Program-made: the position numbers and the translations under genes
In this document: piece after piece, positions 57,060 through 64,000 of the stretch
How positions within the stretch are numbered: position 1 is the stretch's first letter
How the letters are laid out: every line of letters starts with the position of its first letter
Assembly (NCBI GenBank): GCA_021818465.1
Contig: JAKAEA010000001.1
Coordinates: 105,972 to 169,971, forward strand
Direction of reading: 5' to 3'
DNA from: a bacterium
Lineage (GTDB): Bacteria > Patescibacteriota > Minisyncoccia > Phycocordibacterales > JAKAEA01
DNA length: 64,000 nucleotides
The notes under the pieces: model-generated
What the model was told of the DNA's origin: nothing
What the model saw: the letters and a program-made list of their open reading frames with translations, nothing else
Databases searched by the model: none

Positions 57060-58330
57060 TGTCCGCTTTTACTACTAAACTCAAGCATATTTTCAGTGAC
57101 CGAAACTTGCGTAATCGCATTCTCATCACTGTTGGTCTCCTTGGTATTTTTCGAGTGCTCGCTGCGATACCGGTACCTGGTGTTAATCAAGCCGCTCTCA
57201 ATCAGTTTTTTACCAACAATCAATTTTTTGGGCTTCTGAACGTTTTTTCTGGTGGTGGTCTTTCCCATTTTTCTATTGTGATGCTCGGCGTTGGTCCATA
57301 CATCACGGCGGTTATCATTATGCAACTTCTTACTATGATTTCTCCACGGTTGAAATCGATGTACCAAGAAGAAGGTGAGGCGGGTCGTATGAAGTTCACA
57401 CAATATTCGCGCATGCTCACCGTTCCGTTGGCGATGGTGCAATCATTCGGTTTCATTACGTTATTAAGTCAGCAGAGCATCGTTGCGCATTTAACACCGT
57501 TTGCCATGGCGGTGAACGTGGCCATTGTTACCGGCGGCTCAATGCTTTTGGTGTGGATCGGGGAGCGCATTAGCGAATTTGGCGCTGGTAATGGTACATC
57601 ACTTATTATCTTTGCTGGTATTGTTGCTGCGTTACCACAAGCGATTAGTCAAAGTGTTCTTTCGTATAGCGCTGCCCAAATTCCCACGTATGCACTCATT
57701 CTTGTAGGATCTGTTTTGGTGGTATATGCAGTGGTATTTATTACTGAAGCTGAACGCCCAATTCCTGTGACGTACGCCAAACGCGTTCGTGGTAATAAAG
57801 TGTATGGCGGCATTTCCACCTATATCCCACTGCGTCTCAATCAGGCCGGTGTCATTCCTATTATTTTTGCTTTATCAATTTTGCTGTTTCCGCAGGTAGT
57901 ATTTAAATATTTGGCAACTATTCCGTATGCGCTTGTTGCCAACATTTCTAATTGGATAGAAAATGCTTTGCAAAATCAATGGGTGTACGACATCCTATAT
58001 TTTCTTTTAGTGTTTGCTTTTACGTATTTCTACACTGCTGTTACGTTTGATCCGCATCAACTTTCTGAAGATCTTCAGAAAAACGGCGCATTTATTCCCG
58101 GTGTTCGTCCTGGTCAATCAACCGCCGTATACATTTCTAAGATTTTAACGCGACTGACAACCTTTGGCGCTGTTTTTCTTGGTGTCATTGCCGTTTTGCC
58201 GCTTATTGTTCGTTCACTTACCAATCAGGCTTCACTAGCTATTGGCGGCACCGCTCTCCTTATCGTTGTTTCTGTTGTTATTGACACCATTAAGCGCATT
58301 GAAGCTCAAGTAACAATGAAAGAATACTAA
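57059..58330 (+). CDS. secY: Preprotein translocase subunit SecY
   Basis: 423 aa. 10 TM helices. ...NRILITVGLLGIFRVLAAIPVPGV... SecY N-terminus. Confidence 0.95.
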   Translation: MSAFTTKLKHIFSDRNLRNRILITVGLLGIFRVLAAIPVPGVNQAALNQFFTNNQFFGLLNVFSGGGLSHFSIVMLGVGPYITAVIIMQLLTMISPRLKSMYQEEGEAGRMKFTQYSRMLTVPLAMVQSFGFITLLSQQSIVAHLTPFAMAVNVAIVTGGSMLLVWIGERISEFGAGNGTSLIIFAGIVAALPQAISQSVLSYSAAQIPTYALILVGSVLVVYAVVFITEAERPIPVTYAKRVRGNKVYGGISTYIPLRLNQAGVIPIIFALSILLFPQVVFKYLATIPYALVANISNWIENALQNQWVYDILYFLLVFAFTYFYTAVTFDPHQLSEDLQKNGAFIPGVRPGQSTAVYISKILTRLTTFGAVFLGVIAVLPLIVRSLTNQASLAIGGTALLIVVSVVIDTIKRIEAQVTMKEY

Positions 58331-58355
58331 TTTTGGTCTGTGGTACAATCAATCC

Positions 58356-58955
58356 ATGACGCCGCAAACCTTTGTATTTTTCGGTCGTTCTGGTTCAGGA
58401 AAAGGCACGCAAGCCGATCTTCTCATTAAGTGGTTGAAGGCTAACGATGCATCACGACAGACGCTCTATATTCAGACCGGCCAAAAAGGTCGTGATTTTG
58501 CTAAGCAAGATAATTTCTCAGCGCGGCGCATCAAGGATTTTATTGATAATGGAAAATTATTTCCCGCATTCATCCCCATTTATTTTTGGACACAAGTGTT
58601 GGTTGAAAGTATTCAGGAGGGAACGGAACATATTATTTTAGATGGCCTTTGTCGGCGACCGGAGGAAGCCCCTATTCTTGATGGTGCTCTGCAATTTTAC
58701 AAACGTGTACAACCGATAATCGTCGTGATTAATGTTTCCGAAGAGTGGGCGACACGACGACTTTTAGATCGTCAGCGTTCCGATGATATTCCCAAGGATA
58801 TAAAAAATCGCCTGGACTGGTATGAAAAGGAAGTGGTGCCGGCCATAGATCATTTTCGCGCTCATCCTGAGTATTATAAAGTTCTCGATATACATGGTGA
58901 ACAAAGTGTCGCTGCGGTACACCAAGAGCTTCTTCAAAAATCTGGTTTTCTATGA
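58356..58955 (+). CDS. adk: Adenylate kinase (short LID, no zinc knuckle)
   Basis: 199 aa. P-loop FFGRSGSGKGTQADLL. Position after secY. Confidence 0.88.
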   Translation: MTPQTFVFFGRSGSGKGTQADLLIKWLKANDASRQTLYIQTGQKGRDFAKQDNFSARRIKDFIDNGKLFPAFIPIYFWTQVLVESIQEGTEHIILDGLCRRPEEAPILDGALQFYKRVQPIIVVINVSEEWATRRLLDRQRSDDIPKDIKNRLDWYEKEVVPAIDHFRAHPEYYKVLDIHGEQSVAAVHQELLQKSGFL

Positions 58956-59725
58956 TTTCCATAAAAACGGAAAAAGATATTGTTTTGTTACGGGAAGGAG
59001 GCGCGCGTTTGGCGCGGATTTTAGCGGCAGTAGCGGCCGAAGTTAAACCGGGCGTTTCTACGGAGTATGTAAACAATCTTGCACAGACACTCATCTCTGA
59101 CGGCGGTGACACTTCAGCCTTTTTAAACTATCGTCCCAGTGGCGCGCAACGTCCCTATCCAGCTAGTCTCTGTGTTTCAATCAATGACGAAGTGGTGCAC
59201 GGTATTCCTAATGAAAAGCCGCGTCAGTTTGCTGCTGGTGATATTGTTAGTTTGGATCTCGGTCTCATTCACCGCGGTCTTATCACGGACCATGCCACCA
59301 CGATTGGTGTTGGTGTCATTACACCTGTTGCTCGCACGTTGCTTGCCGTTACGCAAGAAGCACTTGCTGTTGGAATTACAGCAGCTCGAGCTGGTAATAC
59401 GACTGGTGATATTGGTTTCGCTATTAGTAATTTTGTAAAAAGTCGTGGTGACTATGGCATCATTGAAGAGTTGACCGGTCATGGTGTTGGTTACAGTGTT
59501 CACGAAGATCCATTTGTACCTAATTTCGGTAAACCTAATCAGGGCGCACTTTTAAAACCTGGTATGGTTATTGCCATAGAGCCAATGCTTACGCTTGGCA
59601 GTAAGGATATCTTTCTTGATGATGACGGCTATACTATCCGTACCGCCGATGGCTCTTTAGCTGCACATTTTGAACACACTATCCTTATTACCGATGCTGA
59701 TCCAGAAGTGTTGACTCACGTATAA
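58952..59725 (+). CDS. map: Methionine aminopeptidase type I
   Basis: 257 aa. Metal ligands in ...DIVSLDLG..., ...HGVG..VHE... and ...AIEPM... contexts. Confidence 0.92.
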   Translation: MISIKTEKDIVLLREGGARLARILAAVAAEVKPGVSTEYVNNLAQTLISDGGDTSAFLNYRPSGAQRPYPASLCVSINDEVVHGIPNEKPRQFAAGDIVSLDLGLIHRGLITDHATTIGVGVITPVARTLLAVTQEALAVGITAARAGNTTGDIGFAISNFVKSRGDYGIIEELTGHGVGYSVHEDPFVPNFGKPNQGALLKPGMVIAIEPMLTLGSKDIFLDDDGYTIRTADGSLAAHFEHTILITDADPEVLTHV

Positions 59726-59738
59726 ATAGAGTCCAGTT

Positions 59739-59747
59739 TGCTATAAT
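59739..59747 (+). promoter_or_regulatory. Extended -10 element TGcTATAAT placed 6 nt before the ATG of the T4CP-like gene (possible leaderless transcript)
   Basis: TG at 59739-40, TATAAT at 59742-47, ATG at 59754. No Shine-Dalgarno sequence in between. Confidence 0.3.
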
Positions 59748-59753
59748 GCTCGC

Positions 59754-62516
59754 ATGGAAGTGAAAAAAAATCCTGAAATGGTGGCGAAACAGGGAGCAAT
59801 GACGCCGGCCGAGGAATTGGAACATTTGCGTCAAGAAGTGGCACGACGAGAAAAAGAGTTAGCCGCAGTAGGAACATCGCTAGAACGTGGAAGCGTGGTT
59901 TCTGAACAAATTCATCGCTATCAAGCAGCATCAACTGAAACAGTTTTGCATCCAGTGGCGCGTATGGAACCAGCAGCACTGCAGCGTGTAGTGCTCCGTC
60001 TTTCGCCTGAACCGCATGATGTCAAGATGGCCGAGTTACTCTCCATTTTAAATGAAAAAGGTATCAAGAACGCACTGCGCGTAGTAGAAGAACTCAATGA
60101 TCCACATGTTGTAGATGATTTCCATCGATTTTTAGTTGAATACATTAAAGAAGGGTATCCGGTGACGGGACTTGTGCCTCGCTCCGAACTTTTTCAAGCA
60201 CTGCATATGACACTCTATGAAGTGTCGTTACCTGATGCGGTAGAAACTACTGGTCAACGCCCTCTTAAGGAACTGGTGTCAGCGATGGATCAATTTTACG
60301 CTGGAATGATTTCTCAAACACACACCGCCACTCCTTTTACGCTTGAAATAGCTAATCCGAATCATAGTCAGGAGGCTATTGTGTATGCAGGTATTCCGGA
60401 CAACCAAAAAGCACTTTTTGAAAAGCAAATTGTGGCACTTTTTCCTCGAGCAAAAATTAAAGAGCTAGCTGATGATTATAATATTTTTGCTGAGCCAAGT
60501 GATACGGCAGGCGCGATAGCGACGCTTTCAAAATATTCGGTGTATCCTCTTAAAGTATATGAACATTTTGACCACGACCCCCTCAATGTTATTCTGAATA
60601 CTTTTTCAAAAATTCAAAAAGACAATGAAGGGGCGGCGATGCAAATTGTGTTTCGCCCAACGCGAACAGAGTATCATAAAAAATATCAACGTATCATTGA
60701 GGGTGTTACTAAGGGAAAACCCATTAAAGACCTTTTACCTAAAAGTTTTGGGGAGGAACTCTGGGGCGATCTTAAGGATACCTTTTTTGGTCCTTCAGCT
60801 GAACAAAAAAAGAAAGAAGAAGAAAAAAAGAAACAGGAACCGCTGGCCATCGACCAAAATCTCGTAGCAACACTCAATGAAAAAATAAGTGCACCAATGT
60901 GCGAAGTGAATATTCGATTACTGGTCTCCACCACAACCCCAATAGATTCTGAGCGAATTTTGGCTGAATTTGAGGCGGCTTTTAATCAATTTGAAAATAC
61001 ACTAGGTAATAAACTTGTGTTTGAAAAGGTGAAGGGTAAAAAATTAGCACAACTCACTGAAAGCTTTTCTTTTCGGGAATTTTCTGAAAAACACAGTATA
61101 GCCCTCAATTTTAAAGAAGCGGCGACATTATTTCATTTTCCAGAGCGCATTGCCGGCGCGGCGCCCCAGGTGCGGCAAGCCAAGTCTGGTGCGGCCGCCG
61201 CGCCGGTGGACGTGCCACAAGACGGCACACTACTTGGTGTGAATCATTTCCGTAATCTAGAAACAAAAGCCTACATAACCAAAGACGATCGTCTGCGCCA
61301 CTTTTATGTGATTGGTCAAACAGGTACAGGTAAGACGACGCTGCTCAAAAATATGATTACCCAAGACATTGCCCAAGGTGAAGGTGTTTGTATGATTGAT
61401 CCCCATGGTGCAGATATCGTCGATGTGTTAGCCAATATACCCAAGAGTCGCTATGACGACGTTATTTATTTTGATCCAAGCTATACAGCACGACCGATGG
61501 GACTCAATATGCTTGAATATGACCAGAATTTTCCTGAACAAAAAACGTTTGTGGTCAATGAACTGTTGAGTATATTCAAAAAACTCTATGGTGCTGTTCC
61601 AGAGAGTATGGGTCCAGCTTTTGAGCAATATTTTAGAAACTCAGCACTTCTCGTTATGGAACATCCTGCATCAGGTAACACACTTTTGGATGTATCACGA
61701 GTTTTGTCTGATCGTGACTATCGTAAGTTCAAACTTTCTGTGTGTAAAAATCCACTCATCAGTCAATTTTGGACTAACGCTGAAAAAACAACAGGTGAGC
61801 AAGGACTCGCTAACTATGTACAATACGTCACTAATAAATTTGATGTTTTCTTGACCAATGACATTATGCGGCCAGTTGTTACGCAAGAACATTCCTCATT
61901 TAATTTTCGGGATATTATGGATAACCGTAAGATTTTGCTCGTTAACCTTGCTAAGGGTAAACTCGGTGACATCAATGCTAATCTTATCGGTCTAATTCTT
62001 GTGGGCAAGATTTTAATGGCAGCACTGTCTCGAGCTGATTCCATCGGTAAAGATTTGCCTCCATTTTATCTATACATTGACGAATTTCAAAACGTTACCA
62101 CTGATTCTATCGCCACTATTCTTTCTGAGGCTCGTAAGTATAAATTATCACTCACGGTTGCTCATCAGTTTATTGCACAGCTTCAAGAGAATATTCGTGA
62201 TGCGGTGTTTGGTAACGTCGGTTCACTCGGAGTGTTTCGGGTCGGTAGCGCCGATGCTGAATTTTTAGAGAAACAATTTACGCCAACATTTAAAGCGGCA
62301 GATATTGTTAATATTGAAAATCGTCATATGTATTTGAAATTGCTTATGCATGGCCGACCAGCGACGCCTTTTAACGTTGAAACCTTGCCGCCGCTCGCCG
62401 GTGACCATTCTAAATTAGACGCTTTGAAGCAGCTTTCATATTTAAAATATGGCCGTGATCGTGCTACGGTAGAAATGGAAATTATGGCAAAGTATCAAAA
62501 ACAAGATCATGTTTAA
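59754..62516 (+). CDS. Soluble VirD4/TraG/TraD-type (type IV coupling-protein-like) P-loop ATPase with an uncharacterised ~470-aa N-terminal region
   Basis: 920 aa. The C-terminal half has Walker A YVIGQTGTGKTTLL, then CMIDPHGAD, Walker B LYIDEFQN and the TraG/TraD C-terminal signature RKYKLSLTVAHQFIAQL. No N-terminal TM helices. Coiled-coil and Lys/Glu-rich linker (EQKKKEEEKKKQE). Confidence 0.6.
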   Translation: MEVKKNPEMVAKQGAMTPAEELEHLRQEVARREKELAAVGTSLERGSVVSEQIHRYQAASTETVLHPVARMEPAALQRVVLRLSPEPHDVKMAELLSILNEKGIKNALRVVEELNDPHVVDDFHRFLVEYIKEGYPVTGLVPRSELFQALHMTLYEVSLPDAVETTGQRPLKELVSAMDQFYAGMISQTHTATPFTLEIANPNHSQEAIVYAGIPDNQKALFEKQIVALFPRAKIKELADDYNIFAEPSDTAGAIATLSKYSVYPLKVYEHFDHDPLNVILNTFSKIQKDNEGAAMQIVFRPTRTEYHKKYQRIIEGVTKGKPIKDLLPKSFGEELWGDLKDTFFGPSAEQKKKEEEKKKQEPLAIDQNLVATLNEKISAPMCEVNIRLLVSTTTPIDSERILAEFEAAFNQFENTLGNKLVFEKVKGKKLAQLTESFSFREFSEKHSIALNFKEAATLFHFPERIAGAAPQVRQAKSGAAAAPVDVPQDGTLLGVNHFRNLETKAYITKDDRLRHFYVIGQTGTGKTTLLKNMITQDIAQGEGVCMIDPHGADIVDVLANIPKSRYDDVIYFDPSYTARPMGLNMLEYDQNFPEQKTFVVNELLSIFKKLYGAVPESMGPAFEQYFRNSALLVMEHPASGNTLLDVSRVLSDRDYRKFKLSVCKNPLISQFWTNAEKTTGEQGLANYVQYVTNKFDVFLTNDIMRPVVTQEHSSFNFRDIMDNRKILLVNLAKGKLGDINANLIGLILVGKILMAALSRADSIGKDLPPFYLYIDEFQNVTTDSIATILSEARKYKLSLTVAHQFIAQLQENIRDAVFGNVGSLGVFRVGSADAEFLEKQFTPTFKAADIVNIENRHMYLKLLMHGRPATPFNVETLPPLAGDHSKLDALKQLSYLKYGRDRATVEMEIMAKYQKQDHV

Positions 62517-63135
62517 AAAAAATTCCCCAGCAACACACCCCAAACACGAACGCACTTTAGTGCTCATTAAACCCGACGCTATTCAACGATCGCTTGTGGG
62601 TGAAATTATTCGTCGCTATGAACGAGCCGGTCTTAAACTCGTAGCTCTTAAAATGTTCGTTCCCACAAAAGAGCAAATAGAACAACACTACACACTTGAC
62701 CCTCATTGGCGTCGAGTAACTGGCGAGAAAACAATTAAAAGTTATCTTGATAGAGGATTAGAACCACCCGTGAAGGATCCTTTAGACGTAACACGTATTC
62801 TTCTCGAGCGTTTAACGCGCTATATGACGTCTGGTCCAATACTGGCGGCCGTGTGGCAAGGCGCTCATGCCGTTGCTATTGTTCGCAAACTTACTGGCGG
62901 CACCGAACCGCTTACGTCTGATGTTGGCACTATTCGTGGTGATTTTGTTCTCGATTCCTATCAAATGACTGATAGGGATGGTCGCAGTATTCGCAATCTT
63001 GTGCACGCTTCTGGTTCAATCGCTGAAGCGGAGCAGGAAATAGCTCACTGGTTTTCACCAACAGAACTTATTAATTATCGCCTTGTTGCCGAACAAATTC
63101 TGTATGATGTTAATATGGATGGTATTTTCGAATAA
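62509..63135 (+). CDS. ndk: Nucleoside diphosphate kinase (long form with ~45-aa insertion)
   Basis: ERTLVLIKPDAIQRSLVGEII and NLVHASGS (active-site His). Insertion DPHWRRVTGEKTIKSYLDRGLEPPVKDPLDVTRILLERLTRY. 8-nt overlap with the upstream gene. Confidence 0.85.
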   Translation: MFKKNSPATHPKHERTLVLIKPDAIQRSLVGEIIRRYERAGLKLVALKMFVPTKEQIEQHYTLDPHWRRVTGEKTIKSYLDRGLEPPVKDPLDVTRILLERLTRYMTSGPILAAVWQGAHAVAIVRKLTGGTEPLTSDVGTIRGDFVLDSYQMTDRDGRSIRNLVHASGSIAEAEQEIAHWFSPTELINYRLVAEQILYDVNMDGIFE

Positions 63136-63379
63136 AAGAGAGTAACAAAATTATGAAGCTGAAAGTACAGTAGCGATAACGTTTATTTTTGTGTTCCAAT
63201 AGAAAAAAACTTGTTTCTCTTGATGCGATGGAGGTATACTACTTCTAGTCGCGAGATATTGCTTTAGATTATTTTTTTTCAGGGAGCTTTAATCGTGTTC
63301 GGTCCAATGAGGATTCTTCGGAATCTACAGACGATCGGCGCTGCGAGCACCCACCTAGTGTATACTAGGGTCAATATCG

Positions 63380-63420
63380 CGCGACTACCTAAAAACCGCT
63401 CCACGTGAGCGGTTTTTAGG
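63380..63420. terminator. 17-bp perfect palindrome CTACCTAAAAACCGCTC-cacgtga-GCGGTTTTTAGGTAG (bidirectional terminator or operator)
   Basis: GC stem CCGCTC/GAGCGG flanked by A5 and T5 on both strands, 3 nt upstream of the next gene start. Confidence 0.45.
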
Positions 63421-63422
63421 TA

Positions 63423-63821
63423 GTGCGTGGTATACTAATTTTAATGAAACTATCGCGAGCAATTCTCGTAATCAGCTTGGCCCTCGTTGTTTTGTTTTTA
63501 TACGTGGCCGGTCTTATCCTAGAATTTCATTGGCGAATGGGTTGGTATGATCATGTGGTACACACTCTTGCTGGTGCAATGGCCTCACTCGCTATTTTTT
63601 CTTTGTACGCAATGCGCGCTATCACTAAACGTCCAGGTGCCCTCTTTGCGGGTGCTTTCTTGGTTTCGCTTGTAGTCGGTACGTTGTGGGAAATTTTTGA
63701 ATTACGTGCCGGTATCACCTCTTTTTCTCATCGAGGATATGCTGTAGATACAGCGTTAGATATTGTTTTTGATATTGTTGGCGGTTGGCTTGCTGCCGGC
63801 TATATTCTTATTTTTAAATAA
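63423..63821 (+). CDS. Small 4-TM hypothetical membrane protein
   Basis: 132 aa. Hydrophobic helices. LWEIFELRAG motif. No catalytic signature recognised. Confidence 0.5.
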   Translation: MRGILILMKLSRAILVISLALVVLFLYVAGLILEFHWRMGWYDHVVHTLAGAMASLAIFSLYAMRAITKRPGALFAGAFLVSLVVGTLWEIFELRAGITSFSHRGYAVDTALDIVFDIVGGWLAAGYILIFK

Positions 63822-63829
63822 ACATTTTT

Positions 63830-64000
63830 ATGTCTTCTATACATACATCATCTGTATCACCCCACATGTCTATAACATTTTGTGGTGGCACTGGCTCGGT
63901 AACTGGTGCTAATTTTTTGTTCGAAATTGACACATCGGCCTACTCAAAAAATAAATCATTCAAAATTCTTGTTGATTGCGGTTTGGAGCAGGGGAGTGAA
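63830..64000 (+). CDS. MBL-fold beta-CASP-type RNA-metabolising hydrolase (RNase J/CPSF-like), N-terminal fragment truncated at the window end
   Basis: MSSIHTSSVSPHMSITFCGGTGSVTGANFLFEID...FKILVDCGLEQG matches the beta-CASP N-terminus (LTFLGGA.EVTGS..LLE...ILIDCG). It is not in the track because it is truncated. Confidence 0.55.
   Translation, partial: MSSIHTSSVSPHMSITFCGGTGSVTGANFLFEIDTSAYSKNKSFKILVDCGLEQGSE

Noticed and set aside
60800-60840. A-rich homopolymer runs (gaacaaaaaaagaaagaagaagaaaaaaagaaac) in the T4CP-like gene as a phase-variation switch
   Set aside because: They encode an in-frame Lys/Glu linker between domains. There is no evidence of length variation, and a low-complexity linker is the more likely explanation.
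1-64000. CRISPR arrays, rRNA genes, IS elements or transposases
   Set aside because: No array of regularly spaced direct repeats is visible. There is no rRNA-like sequence, and no transposase or integrase-like ORF other than the chromosomal XerC-type recombinase.

Overview
This window looks like a Candidate Phyla Radiation (Patescibacteria) chromosome segment. It is gene-dense, about 45% GC and uses the standard genetic code. About a third of it (43.3–59.7 kb) is the conserved ribosomal-protein cluster: rpsL-rpsG-fusA-tuf, then the S10/spc blocks, then secY-adk-map. There is no rpmD (L30) between rpsE and rplO, and several ribosomal proteins carry terminal extensions; both are typical of the CPR. 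The infA…rplQ genes that usually follow map are absent here. In their place sit a 920-aa soluble VirD4/TraG-type (type IV coupling-protein-like) ATPase with an unrecognised N-terminal half, and a long-form ndk. Other housekeeping genes include ksgA, uvrD, comM, pnp-rpsO, xerC, xth, cca, hup, rny, clpP, rsmE, a trigger factor lacking the PPIase domain, ppa, nusA, tpiA, pgk, recJ, rnhA, sodA and rpmB. Also present are a type IV pilus operon (pilB, pilC, three prepilin-like genes and a 656-aa PilX-like protein) and a ComEC channel gene that is separated from a catalytically degenerate MBL-domain gene. Four tRNA genes flank a ~0.8-kb island at about 22% GC that carries a YraN-like nuclease. The 5' end (1–5657) holds a divergent cluster of uncharacterised surface proteins: a VirB6/TrbL-like polytopic membrane protein, a 702-aa low-complexity secreted protein with a discoidin-like C-terminus, a membrane-anchored protein, a protein with a peptidoglycan-binding domain, and a small Cys-containing secreted protein. 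Together with the T4CP-like ATPase, this cluster is the best candidate for an undescribed cell-surface or secretion system. A promoter-plus-terminator unit with no ORF at 17.78–18.08 kb may encode a small RNA. All assignments come from reading translations and motifs by eye; no database search was run.
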